Shown here: piece by piece, positions 1 through 9,294 of the stretch
Numbering within the stretch: the stretch's first letter is position 1
Layout: the number at the start of each line of letters is the position of its first letter
Source: Cyanobacteria bacterium P01_D01_bin.156
GTDB lineage: Bacteria > Cyanobacteriota > Cyanobacteriia > Phormidesmidales > Phormidesmidaceae
Length of the DNA stretch: 64,000 nt
Direction: 5' to 3'
NCBI GenBank assembly: GCA_039024555.1
Contig: JBCCQQ010000002.1
Location: forward strand, 1 to 64,000
Notes under the pieces: generated by a model
What the model saw: only the letters and a program-made list of their open reading frames with translations
Told to the model about the DNA's origin: nothing
Databases searched by the model: none
Translations under genes and position numbers: made by a program

Positions 1-206
1 CAGACAGTTTCCGCTTGAGTATTTCAACAGAGTGAAGCATAGTAGAAGTATCTTTTTATGAGCCAAGGCTATTCTCCTTCACTGGCGAGGCGCTTGGCTA
101 TTTTTTTGGCTCTGCAACATTCTTAAGTCAGCGCCATTCGACTATAGCGAGTTTCTTCTCCAAGACCGTACTAATCTCTCTGTAGCTGAGATTTGCATTG
201 GTCTTG

Positions 207-237
207 TGACTTCAGATTGATTATCAATCTGAAGTCA
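207..237. promoter_or_regulatory. Perfect 15-bp inverted repeat (probable operator) upstream of the MATE gene
   Basis: TGACTTCAGATTGAT-T-ATCAATCTGAAGTCA, ending 16 bp before ATG 254. Confidence 0.6.
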
Positions 238-253
238 ATTATTTAACTAATTA

Positions 254-1413
254 ATGAAGTCTTCTCTCACAACGGGTCAGGTGCCTATTCAGCTCCTTAA
301 GCTATCTTTAACAATGGTTTTGGGGGGTATTGGCAGTACTGGCATTCAGTCTGGCTAATACGTATTTTATAGCTCAGCTGGGCACTAACGAACTAGCGGC
401 TATCAGCTTTACTTTTCCAGTGGTTTCTGTTTTGGCAAGCATAGCTATGGGCTTAGGCACTGGTGCTGCCTCCGTTATTGCGAGAGAAATTGGCAAAGGC
501 AATCGACAAAAAGTCCAACGTCTGACCACGGATAGTCTGCTGTTATCTTTCCTTATTGTTGGGATGCTTGCTGTTCTTGGCTTGATTACCATCAGGCCGT
601 TGTTTACGGCATTGGGAGCTGGACCTGTCCTACGCCCAATGCTTCGTGACTATATGAGTATTTGGTGTTTAGGAATGGCCTTCCTGGTTGTTCCTCTAGT
701 AAGGAACAGTGCTATTCGTGCTTCTGGTAACACGGTTGTTCCTAGTCTGATTATGACGTTTGCTGCACTCATGAACATTGTGGCTGCCCCACTGCTCATA
801 TTCGGTTGGGGGCCATTACCAGCCCTAGGAATCAAAGGAGCTGCTTTAGCGACAGTACTTTCACGTGCAGGTACGGTTGTTGCATCTCTCACGTTTCTCC
901 ACTTTCAAGAACGTTTATTGGTATTCACCTTTCCGAGTCTTGCAGCGCTAGTTAAAAATGGGCATCGTCTGCTGTTTGGCTGAAGCTGAGTGTTACTTTT
1001 TGCCTTGGTTGGAGAGCTATCGTCGGTATTATATTGGGAATGTCATCGTTCCAAATAGAATACCGACGATAGCTCCCCGATGTTATCTCTAGTGCGAGTA
1101 CTTATCTAACACTTGTGCCCATTAGTTACGGTGCTCTAAGTGTTGTCTTGACTGCTGGTTCAGCATTTAATGCTCTAGGAAAACCGTTGCCAGCTATGAC
1201 AATGTCTTTGTGTCGATTGTTGCTTTTTTATGTTCCTTTAGCCTACTTGGGTAGTCAATTATTTGTAATAACTGGCATCTTCGGTGCTGCCTGCAATCTA
1301 ATAGCATAGTTGGTCTTGGCGCTTGGCTGTGGCAATCCCGCTGGATGAGTGCTCTTACTAATACGGTAAAACCTGGCAAAATTTCAGTTCTATCAAAAGT
1401 TGTTGCCCAGTAG
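254..1413 (+). pseudogene. MATE family efflux transporter, frameshifted and internally deleted
   Basis: ATG254 frame (MKSSLTTGQVPIQLLKLSLTMV) joins the 330-983 frame (AVLAFSLANTYFIAQLG...GIKGAALAT) only if one T is removed from TTTTGGGGGG at about 318-327. Premature stop at 983. C-terminal remnants in other frames (AFNALGKP; IVGLGAWLW...VVAQ* ending 1413). Confidence 0.85.
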
Positions 1414-1466
1414 TAAAAAATCTCTAAGTTATCAACTAAGAAAATTTTCAAAACAATATATGCGCC

Positions 1467-1510
1467 TGTCCTTTAATCAGCGACATTTAAATGTCACTGA
1501 TTAAAGGGCA
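1467..1510. terminator. 44-bp near-perfect palindrome between convergent MATE and nblA
   Basis: TGTCCTTTAATCAGCGACATTT/AAATGTCACTGATTAAAGGGCA, 20 of 22 positions complementary. Confidence 0.55.
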
Positions 1511-1594
1511 ATGTGATTAATCTATTTTCTCCAAATAGGACGCTCGATAACTTGCATCCATTGCAAAGACGACTACCCAAATACCTTAAACATT

Positions 1595-1774
1595 CTAGTT
1601 AATACCCCAAGATTCCTTAAGAATCTCGCGGAAAGACGCGTTCTGAAAGAGCATTAGTTCTTTTAATTGCACAAGCAGTAGCTGAGTATCTTCATGGGAA
1701 AGTTGCCGAACTTGCTGTTCGAACGCTTTCAGTTCAAATTGCTGCTCCAAGGAGAGCTGTTCACGGACGTTCAT
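1595..1774 (-). CDS. nblA: Phycobilisome degradation protein NblA
   Basis: 59 aa, LSLEQQFELKAFEQQV...QN...ILKESWG NblA signature; ATG at 1774 preferred over the longer ORF. Confidence 0.9.
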   Translation of the reverse strand: MNVREQLSLEQQFELKAFEQQVRQLSHEDTQLLLVQLKELMLFQNASFREILKESWGIN

Positions 1775-1808
1775 AGCAACCTTAGGAATAAAATTCACAC
1801 ACAACATA

Positions 1809-1826
1809 TTAACATTGCGTTACAAA
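1809..1826 (+). promoter_or_regulatory. HLR1-like (RpaB) direct repeat upstream of nblA
   Basis: TTAACATT-GC-GTTACAAA versus consensus (G/T)TTACA(T/A)(T/A)-N2 repeat, 1 mismatch. Confidence 0.7.
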
Positions 1827-1991
1827 AATTGCAATCAAAAACATTTTATGGTACTTGCTTTGTTTGTACTTTAGTGATGTGTACTCTTTGGGTTTTGGCT
1901 GAGGGTTGAATTGATTAGTTCATTTGCATTGTTAGCTAGTAAAAATCCGAATTCTAAAGACCTGTGGGCTGTATTCCTAAAATATTTCAGG

Positions 1992-2031
1992 CAAGATAGC
2001 TGTAAAGCATTCAAGATAGCTGTAAAGCATT
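1992..2031. repeat. 20-bp exact tandem duplication
   Basis: CAAGATAGCTGTAAAGCATT x2. Confidence 0.9.
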
Positions 2032-2094
2032 AAGTAATTTGCCTCTGATTCGCTATAAAAAGTCAACCACATTGAAATATAAATTAATATTTTC

Positions 2095-2112
2095 TTTAGA
2101 TTGCGTTACATT
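2095..2112 (+). promoter_or_regulatory. HLR1-like direct repeat upstream of rhodanese 1
   Basis: TTTAGATT-GC-GTTACATT, 1 mismatch. Confidence 0.65.
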
Positions 2113-2157
2113 ATAAAGGTAACTTTCTATATAACAGCACCTTGACTGTTTAACGTT

Positions 2158-2532
2158 ATGCCTACCCCTTCATTTCTTTTTTCAATTCCAGGGCCTCTTA
2201 AGGCTCAGTCCACTGTTTTTGAACTTAAAAACCGTCTTGATTGGGGTGAACCTGCGCTCACTATTATTGATGTCAGAAGTAGAGATGCTTTCAACTCAAG
2301 TCACATTACTGGGGCGATTCTAATCTCTATGGATGAATTGGTGGTAAGTGCTTCCGCATCTCTTGGGTATGAGCGAGACATTTACGTTTATGGTGATTCT
2401 GATGAGCAAGCCGCTGAAGCTGCCTCCAAACTTCGTGAAATAGGTTTTCAAAATGTTTCTGAGCTTACTGGTGGCTTAGCGGCATGGAACGCGGCTAACG
2501 GTGCGATCGAAGGTGTTCTAGTAGCTGCGTAG
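2158..2532 (+). CDS. Rhodanese-like domain protein lacking the catalytic Cys
   Basis: LTIIDVR...HITGA...DIYVYG...ELTGGLAAW. Confidence 0.9.
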   Translation: MPTPSFLFSIPGPLKAQSTVFELKNRLDWGEPALTIIDVRSRDAFNSSHITGAILISMDELVVSASASLGYERDIYVYGDSDEQAAEAASKLREIGFQNVSELTGGLAAWNAANGAIEGVLVAA

Positions 2533-2694
2533 CGCTTTTTCAAGTCAAATTTTCTTAATCTCCTAGAAGTCAAGCTCCTCACCACAGCCATATGGTCTGG
2601 TGGGAGCTTGTTCCTTTGATGAGCAACTTTATACATCAGGCTCTACGAAGTGTTCAGTTGTTCCTAGTCAAAGTTATATTTACTAGCTTGCGCT

Positions 2695-3417
2695 ATGTTC
2701 GTTGACTTACCGTTGCACTTATCTCGCAGTTTGTTGATAACGGCAGGGACTCAAGTCAGTGTTCGTTATCCAGAAAGAATCCCGTCTACGGGAGCTATGT
2801 TGGTGATTAGCAACCATCGTAGTTTTCTAGACTTGCCACTGGTAATGAATGCGTTGGGACGGCCCGTTAGATTTGCTTGTCATCACTATATGAGTCGGGT
2901 GCCTGTTCTAAAGGAAATAGTTTCTACATTAGGATGTGTTCCTCTTGACGCACCTGGTCAGCGTCGCCAGGTCTTTTTTGAGCAAGCTATCGATTTATTA
3001 CGGACTCATCAACCCGTTGGCATTTTTCCAGAAGGTGCTCATCCAATGGTCCAGGTGACCAATCCGAAGAAACTGAGTCAATTCCACAGAGGATTTGCTC
3101 ATTTGGCGCTACGGGTACCCGTTCAAAAGTTAGCTATTTTGCCAACAGCTATTTCAGCGATTGAAGAAACTATCAGTCCAGTCGCACCCCTCAAACTGTT
3201 CAGCTTATTTGATCCATCAGAACCACTCTTTGATCAGCCTGGTTGGCACCCGTCCGTTAACTATCGTCGTGTAAATCTCTCAATTGGTAGTCCTATTTGG
3301 GTTACGGATTCTCTTAGGGAACAGTATCAGGGTAAACAGGCAGGACGATTGGCTAAGGTTTTAACTCGATCTTGCTATGGTGAAATCAACAATCTTTTAC
3401 GTGAAGGTTTTGCTTAA
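2695..3417 (+). CDS. Lysophospholipid acyltransferase (PlsC family)
   Basis: NHRSFLD (HxxxxD) and IFPEG motifs. Confidence 0.9.
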   Translation: MFVDLPLHLSRSLLITAGTQVSVRYPERIPSTGAMLVISNHRSFLDLPLVMNALGRPVRFACHHYMSRVPVLKEIVSTLGCVPLDAPGQRRQVFFEQAIDLLRTHQPVGIFPEGAHPMVQVTNPKKLSQFHRGFAHLALRVPVQKLAILPTAISAIEETISPVAPLKLFSLFDPSEPLFDQPGWHPSVNYRRVNLSIGSPIWVTDSLREQYQGKQAGRLAKVLTRSCYGEINNLLREGFA

Positions 3418-3476
3418 ATCTAGTCAGCTGTTAAAGACTGTTCTAAGGCTGTCAAGACTCAATCCTCATAACAGGC

Positions 3477-4190
3477 CTAGATTTCTTGGGCCATACTGGC
3501 ACAAAGGTCAAAAATAGCTTCTTTTGCTGCAACAGGTAATGTTTGTAGCAAAAAATGTGAGCCCGTAATTTCACGAGTTTCCAATGGGGGAAATACACGT
3601 TTAATTTCTAGCTGCTTTGAGGCTGGCACTAGCTGATCAGCTGACGCTTTTAAGTAGCCAAGGGGGACCGGAGATTTTCTGATTCTCCACAAATCATTGA
3701 TATTTAGGAGTAAATGTAACCGATATGAGATCACTTCAGGCTTGACCAGTTGTAGCGTTTCACGAAATGAATCGAGTATGACTTCTGGACAGCTAAAGCC
3801 AAAGCAGGCAACTCGTAAAGGAAACGATGGTATTGGAAAACGCAGCAATAATGGCAGTGGCATTTGCCCCACAAACTCCAGTAGCCATGGTTGTGGAGGT
3901 GTCAAAAAACTAGCACAAAAAATAATGCCCCTTAGTTGTGGATGCTCGATTAAGCGAGCAGCAATTGGACCGGCAAAAGATTCAGCAACAATAATGAAGT
4001 GAGTAGACTTTGGAAGCTGACGTCGAACGATTGCAGCTAACTGATCATAGTCCAGTAGCTGATCTGGAGGATATTTAGTAACTACAATGCGGTTCTTGTA
4101 CAAAAACTGTTCAAGAAAATATGAAAATAGGCGTCCAGTACCGTCTAGTCCTGGAAGTAACACTAACGTAGGATTTAGCGGGCTTTTCAT
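3477..4190 (-). CDS. Alpha/beta hydrolase
   Basis: LLPGLDGTG, AESFAG nucleophile elbow, C-terminal GSHFLL. Confidence 0.85.
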   Translation of the reverse strand: MKSPLNPTLVLLPGLDGTGRLFSYFLEQFLYKNRIVVTKYPPDQLLDYDQLAAIVRRQLPKSTHFIIVAESFAGPIAARLIEHPQLRGIIFCASFLTPPQPWLLEFVGQMPLPLLLRFPIPSFPLRVACFGFSCPEVILDSFRETLQLVKPEVISYRLHLLLNINDLWRIRKSPVPLGYLKASADQLVPASKQLEIKRVFPPLETREITGSHFLLQTLPVAAKEAIFDLCASMAQEI

Positions 4191-4350
4191 GCACTCCAGT
4201 GTTGTTTACAGGCGTAGTCGATAAAATGCTTAGACTCCCAGGATTCTTATGGTAATTCAATGGGGTTTGTGCATGGATGCACAAAGTTCACGTTGGCAAA
4301 ACCATAGAAAAAATCTATGGTTCAAACTGTCAAGTTTTTGGCAATAATTA

Positions 4351-4368
4351 TTTACATTGAGTTACAAT
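4351..4368 (+). promoter_or_regulatory. HLR1 (RpaB) direct repeat, perfect consensus
   Basis: TTTACATT-GA-GTTACAAT in the hydrolase/HCP divergent intergenic region. Confidence 0.75.
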
Positions 4369-4744
4369 TCTTAAAGAAATTCAAGGACAGTCCTACGCAA
4401 TTTTTAAGCTACTCCGTACTCTAATGACTGTCTAAGCTCTTTTGACTGATTTAAACTCACGGATAAATCAGCGATAGTTTGTTCTACAAAATTGGCTGAT
4501 TTCTCTGATGGTAAATTTATCACTTTTATAGTGTGACTAGTACTCATTCGAGATTGCTGTCCGGAATACTATGCAAATGTAGTTTTCTTTCAATGAAAAT
4601 CTCTCCCTGAGTAAGGAGCATACTTGTTCGCAGATTCTCTAAGGAGTTTGAAGCCCATAGGGCGGTTGTGTGTTGTTTTTTGCTGAGCTTTAAGACACTG
4701 CCGATTTTTGCAATTGCCAACCCACTAATAAGGAATTAACGATC

Positions 4745-5245
4745 ATGACATTCACTACTAGTAACTTTGTGAGTCAGTCTGTTAGCTCATTCTCGCCAGT
4801 TACCTCCGTACTTGCTGCATTCAAGCGTCTTTCTACCAACGAGAAGTTAGGAGTGCTGTGGTTCATTTACAAAGCGATGGGAAATGGCTCAGTTACCCCA
4901 GCTGCAACCGGAGCTGCCCGCATGCAGTTCGCCGAAGGTCTGCTAACTCAAGTCAAAGCGCTAGACTCTGGAGAACAGATGGCATTTATGCAAGATCTAG
5001 TCAATTGTCGCAAGACACCAATGACTACTGCCTATGGCGCGCTGACTAACAATACCAAACTTGCCTTTTGGTATCAGCTAGCTGTGCTAATGAGTTACGG
5101 TGATGTAGTTGGAGTTCCTAGTAACTATGCGCTCTCTACCAATGCAAAAGACGTCTACAATCGGATTGTTGCGTTGGAGTTTGGACAGCAGATTACGCTC
5201 TTACGTCAGACTGTGGTCAACATGGGCTATGACTCATTTGCCTAG
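4745..5245 (+). CDS. Helical carotenoid protein (stand-alone OCP N-terminal domain homologue)
   Basis: KLGVLWFIY...TPAATGAA...TKLAFWYQL...GQQITLLR...MGYD; AAGGA Shine-Dalgarno. Confidence 0.9.
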   Translation: MTFTTSNFVSQSVSSFSPVTSVLAAFKRLSTNEKLGVLWFIYKAMGNGSVTPAATGAARMQFAEGLLTQVKALDSGEQMAFMQDLVNCRKTPMTTAYGALTNNTKLAFWYQLAVLMSYGDVVGVPSNYALSTNAKDVYNRIVALEFGQQITLLRQTVVNMGYDSFA

Positions 5246-5257
5246 GGTTTAACAAAG

Positions 5258-5716
5258 ATGTCAACAACACACCTGATCGAGCAGCAGCTTATAGATGCTA
5301 TTGGCTTAAGCAATGAATCTGAGGTTGTTCTCCGCTACTTTACTCTATTTAATCAGGGTAGGTATGAACAAGTTTCTCGCCTTTTCTCTTCAGATGGTAG
5401 GCTTTATCCTCCCTTTGAGTCTCCTATTGTGGGGCCGGAGAATATTGAAAGCTATCTGGTAAAAGAAGCCGATGGCATGACAGTATCTCTTCTGAGTGCC
5501 GAAATTCAGTTAGAGGAAGATGAGCATCTGCAAATTGATGTCAGAGGCAAAGTTACAGCCCTTGTATTCAAGGTCAATGTTACCTGGCGCTTTATAGTGA
5601 CATCAGACAACAAGATTGAATCCGTTCGCGTCAATCTTGTTGCAACGTTAGAGGAATTGCTAAAGCTACGTCCTGAAGAGGATGCTCAAGCAACGGTTGA
5701 ATGTTCCCACGCTTGA
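5258..5716 (+). CDS. OCP C-terminal domain homologue (CTDH/CCP, NTF2-like)
   Basis: RYF..FN, LYPPFESPIVG, GKV...VNVTWRF, LVATLEELLKLR; 12 bp after HCP. Confidence 0.85.
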   Translation: MSTTHLIEQQLIDAIGLSNESEVVLRYFTLFNQGRYEQVSRLFSSDGRLYPPFESPIVGPENIESYLVKEADGMTVSLLSAEIQLEEDEHLQIDVRGKVTALVFKVNVTWRFIVTSDNKIESVRVNLVATLEELLKLRPEEDAQATVECSHA

Positions 5717-6123
5717 GTAATTAGGTCGCGTCCTAGGGCAAGGTCCTGGGGCGCGCACTGCCAGTCGGGATGTGCCGTTAGTAAAAAGGCTTCAACTGTT
5801 TCGCGATTAAAAATGTGCCAAGCATTCCCTCCCTCGATGAAATGTGGAATGGCATAAATATTTTCCATCGGATGATGGATAGTCAATCGCTCGTTGGTGA
5901 ATGTTGGCAAGGTCAATGTAGCGCCAACGGGCAATGAGCGAAAGCTGCGAACAGCTTCCTGAAACGTTTCTAGGGATGGTATCAACAGTCCGGGTATGGT
6001 GATGACCGTTGATTTTTCACCATTCACGTTGATCCAGTAGCGCCTCACTGGGTCGATGCCCAATAACCAGGGAGATTCATCGTCCAAGGTGTAGCGAGGT
6101 GTGAAGGAAAGGGCAGACTGCAT
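5686..6123 (-). CDS. Hypothetical protein
   Basis: MQSALSFTPRYTLDDESPWLLGIDP...LLTAHPDWQC; 3' end overlaps the CTDH gene by 31 bp; ATG 6123 assumed. Confidence 0.7.
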   Translation of the reverse strand: MQSALSFTPRYTLDDESPWLLGIDPVRRYWINVNGEKSTVITIPGLLIPSLETFQEAVRSFRSLPVGATLTLPTFTNERLTIHHPMENIYAIPHFIEGGNAWHIFNRETVEAFLLTAHPDWQCAPQDLALGRDLITQAWEHSTVA

Positions 6124-6234
6124 GGAATTAATGGACAGTGAAGAAACGGGCAACCCAACTGAGGTGCTGTTAACTACCATCACTTGCCCTACATAGTCGG
6201 CGCAATTTTCCGCAATAAAAGTTCAGCTTATGCG

Positions 6235-7014
6235 ATGATTCTTGTTAACTTATGTAAATATCTCCGTGCTGAGATTACGTCAGAAGGTCTGGCGGTTTGG
6301 GGCGGTTTGGTCGTCTCGGGTGCGATCGCAGCTACATGGAGCGCAACGTTATGCTGTTCTCTTTCTTTGCATTTGTCCGATAGCTCACCCGTCGCTGTTG
6401 TGTTTTGGCTATTGGTCAGAACGTTTTTACACACCGGATTATTTGTTATTGCCCACGATGCGATACACGGAAACGTTTTACCAAAGTATCCCCTAGCCAA
6501 TCGCTGGGTGGGGCAATTGGCGCTAGCACTGTATGGCTTTTTGCCCTATCAAGTTTGTTATCGACTCCATTGGCGACACCATGCCTACCCGGCTCAAGAC
6601 AAAGATCCAGACTTCTACCCTAAGCCTAATGGCAGTGTGATCGGTTATTTCATCCGGTGGTATTGCAACTTTATGGCAAGCTACCTGACACCTTGGAATT
6701 TGATGATGGTAATAACTGGGGTTGGCATAACAACATTCTGTTTTGTTGTTTTTTTACAGGCAGCAATTCAGAATTTAGTTTTCTTTTGGGTTGTGCCTTG
6801 GGTTCTTAGTTCACTGCAGCTATTTACCTTTGGTATATTTCTGCCCCATTATTCTGACAGTCCCAGTAATCGTCCTCATCAGCCACGGAGTTACTACTAT
6901 CCCCTAATGTGTTCTCTGCTAGCTTGCTATCACTTCAGCTATCACAGAGAGCACCATACCTACCCCGACATTCCCTGGTATCAACTGCCTTACGTTCAAC
7001 TACTGGAAGCTTAA
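6235..7014 (+). CDS. crtW: Beta-carotene ketolase CrtW
   Basis: His boxes TGLFVIAHDAIHG, HWRHH, DPDF, HREHH, PWYQLP; start uncertain (ATG 6235 or downstream). Confidence 0.85.
   Translation: MILVNLCKYLRAEITSEGLAVWGGLVVSGAIAATWSATLCCSLSLHLSDSSPVAVVFWLLVRTFLHTGLFVIAHDAIHGNVLPKYPLANRWVGQLALALYGFLPYQVCYRLHWRHHAYPAQDKDPDFYPKPNGSVIGYFIRWYCNFMASYLTPWNLMMVITGVGITTFCFVVFLQAAIQNLVFFWVVPWVLSSLQLFTFGIFLPHYSDSPSNRPHQPRSYYYPLMCSLLACYHFSYHREHHTYPDIPWYQLPYVQLLEA
6241..6258 (-). promoter_or_regulatory. HLR1-like direct repeat near the crtW/hypothetical divergent starts
   Basis: Minus strand TTTACATA-AG-TTAACAAG, 2 mismatches. Confidence 0.45.
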
Positions 7015-7077
7015 GCTAAATCTTCTCTCTCTTACGCAATTGCCATTGACAATTTGCCCGCTTACCCATGGCACCTC

Positions 7078-7095
7078 TTTGTAAAGAAATGTAAA
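7078..7095 (-). promoter_or_regulatory. HLR1 direct repeat, perfect consensus, upstream of the HEAT-repeat gene
   Basis: Minus strand TTTACATT-TC-TTTACAAA. Confidence 0.75.
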
Positions 7096-7121
7096 ATACA
7101 TTAAAAGCTCACTCTACAGTT

Positions 7122-7778
7122 ATGAATCTCCCTCAGATTGAATCTTTCCTGAATAGTCCAAATCCTCAGCTGCGCATGAAAGCAATTACCGAGTTGCGTA
7201 ATCACGAGCCTGCAGTAGTTGTTCCTTTGCTAAAACGGCGTATGTATGACGGACAGTTTTTGATCCGTTCTTTTGTGGCGATGGGGCTGGGCTATAAGCG
7301 TAATGATGAAGGGTTTAAGGCTTTACTCAACATTATTGACCATGAAACTGATCCTAACGTTGTTGCAGAAGCTGCTAATTCTCTAGCTAAATTTGGGGCT
7401 CAGGCCATTCCTCATGTAGAGAGAGTGTTTGAAGAGAATTCCCATTGGCTTGTACGCCAAAGTATCTATGCTGCTTTGGAAGATTTAGATGATGCTGAGC
7501 TGCTTTTAAAGCTTTGTTTATTGGGTTTTCAAGGGGACGACACTACGGTCAGAATGTCAGCGTTAGTGAACTTGAGACGGCTCAAGGAAACAGCTAAATT
7601 TACAGACGCTTTGGACATAGCCCTACAAGCGGCACAAGACAGCAATGGACTAATCCGTGCCAGTGCAGCGAGAACTCTGAGGTACTTGGGTGGGCCAGAA
7701 GCCCAGGAGATGCTGGTAAAGCTACGGCAGGATTCTGATTATCGAGTTGTACGCGCTGTTCTGGAAGGCCTTTTGTAG
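7122..7778 (+). CDS. PBS-lyase HEAT-repeat protein, NblB-like
   Basis: HEAT repeats (LRMKAITEL, IRSFVAMGLG, DPNVVAEAANSL, WLVRQS, DYRVV). Confidence 0.8.
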   Translation: MNLPQIESFLNSPNPQLRMKAITELRNHEPAVVVPLLKRRMYDGQFLIRSFVAMGLGYKRNDEGFKALLNIIDHETDPNVVAEAANSLAKFGAQAIPHVERVFEENSHWLVRQSIYAALEDLDDAELLLKLCLLGFQGDDTTVRMSALVNLRRLKETAKFTDALDIALQAAQDSNGLIRASAARTLRYLGGPEAQEMLVKLRQDSDYRVVRAVLEGLL

Positions 7779-7842
7779 GTTAGTCAGCCGAACCGAACTT
7801 AGTTTTTGACGGCTATTACCACCTGTATAAAATGAGTCTTTC

Positions 7843-7860
7843 TTTACAGATCGTTACAAT
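7843..7860 (+). promoter_or_regulatory. HLR1-like direct repeat upstream of the M50 protease
   Basis: TTTACAGA-TC-GTTACAAT, 1 mismatch. Confidence 0.65.
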
Positions 7861-7949
7861 GAGAGGGAGCTGGAAATAGCCTTCACGTCGTTTTTGCAGC
7901 ATTTCGAAGCGCCGCATCATCCAGCTCCCTGTTAGTAAAGGAGGCCAAT

Positions 7950-9077
7950 ATGAACGGTAGTCTTCGCGTTGGGAACCTGTTTGGGATTCCCTTTTACATT
8001 AATATTTCTTGGTTTTTTGTTCTGGCTCTCACCACGCTTAATTTTGGTGGTGGTCTGGTGGCACAATTTCCCGGGCTAGGGGGCAGTGCGCTGATTTTGG
8101 GCTTGGTCGCTGGCCTGCTTTTATTCGCTTCAGTGCTTTTGCATGAGCTGGGTCACAGTTTTGCCGCTCAGCAACAAGGCATTCGGGTGAATTCCATTAC
8201 ACTCTTTCTATTCGGTGGTTTGGCAAGCCTGGAAGACGAGGCTAAAACCCCTGCCGGAGCTTTCTGGATTGCCGTTGCAGGCCCCCTAGTCAGCCTAGTG
8301 CTCTATGGTCTTTTAACCACAGTAGCCAGCAGTGGTTTAGTGACTGGTCCACTAGCGGCTATCACAGGATTGTTGGCCTACATTAACTTAGTGCTGGCCG
8401 TTTTCAATATGATTCCAGGGTTACCGCTGGATGGTGGTAACGTGCTCAAGGCAATTGTCTGGAAAGTCACTGGCAATCGCTATCGTGGAGTTCGCTGGGC
8501 TAGCCGTTCGGGCCAAGTAATTGGTTGGACTGCGATTGCCTTAGGTTTCTTATCTATCCTAGGGATTTCCAATGTTGGTAGCTTCTGGACGCTAATTGTG
8601 GGGTGGTTTATCTTGCAAAACGCGGGTCAAGCGGCCCAATCTGCAACGGTGCAGGAGGCGTTGCTGGGATTAACCGCTAGCGATGCAGTGCTAGCCGATA
8701 GCCCTATGGTTGATGAGTCCAGTACATTACGGCAGCTGGCAGACGAGGCTGTAATGGCAAATGGCGACCGTCCCTGGCGTCGGTTTTTGGTCAAAAGTGC
8801 CGATGCTCATTTGGTCGGAACAATTGATTTGGATGTGCTCAAGATGGTTACACCAGACCAATGGTCCACGCTCTATGTGAAGGATTTTGTGAAGCTTGTG
8901 GACGATGGAGAAACTGTTCAGGCGGATAAGCCATTGCTAGATGTGATTCAGCATTTGGAGAAGCAACAAATTCAGACATTAGCCGTAACCCAAGAGAATG
9001 GAGCGCTGGTGGGGCTATTGGAAAAAGCAGAAATCATTAGCCTGTTGCAGCATAAAGCAACTCCCCAGACGGCTTAG
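7950..9077 (+). CDS. Site-2 protease (M50) with CBS domains
   Basis: HELGH, AGPLVS, NMIPGLPLDGG; AAGGAGG Shine-Dalgarno. Confidence 0.92.
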   Translation: MNGSLRVGNLFGIPFYINISWFFVLALTTLNFGGGLVAQFPGLGGSALILGLVAGLLLFASVLLHELGHSFAAQQQGIRVNSITLFLFGGLASLEDEAKTPAGAFWIAVAGPLVSLVLYGLLTTVASSGLVTGPLAAITGLLAYINLVLAVFNMIPGLPLDGGNVLKAIVWKVTGNRYRGVRWASRSGQVIGWTAIALGFLSILGISNVGSFWTLIVGWFILQNAGQAAQSATVQEALLGLTASDAVLADSPMVDESSTLRQLADEAVMANGDRPWRRFLVKSADAHLVGTIDLDVLKMVTPDQWSTLYVKDFVKLVDDGETVQADKPLLDVIQHLEKQQIQTLAVTQENGALVGLLEKAEIISLLQHKATPQTA

Positions 9078-9098
9078 CTTTACATTCGGGAATATTTT

Positions 9099-9125
9099 AG
9101 CCCGGCATACTGCCGGGCTTTTTTT
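9099..9125 (+). terminator. Rho-independent terminator
   Basis: AGCCCGGCA-TAC-TGCCGGGCT followed by a T-run. Confidence 0.85.
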
Positions 9126-9234
9126 GTTATGAGCTGCCATGGGCAAAACTATGATTTGCATTAATAAATACCTTTCCAAGAAGAATAGTCATCGCATTAA
9201 AAGTCAATTGTCATGAAATATAAATTCCTTTTTA

Positions 9235-9252
9235 TTTATATTTCGTTACACT
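9235..9252 (+). promoter_or_regulatory. HLR1-like direct repeat upstream of rhodanese 2
   Basis: TTTATATT-TC-GTTACACT, positionally equivalent to 2095-2112. Confidence 0.55.
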
Positions 9253-9294
9253 TAGGATAGCTTTTCTCACAGCAGCATTTAGGCTGTTAATTCT

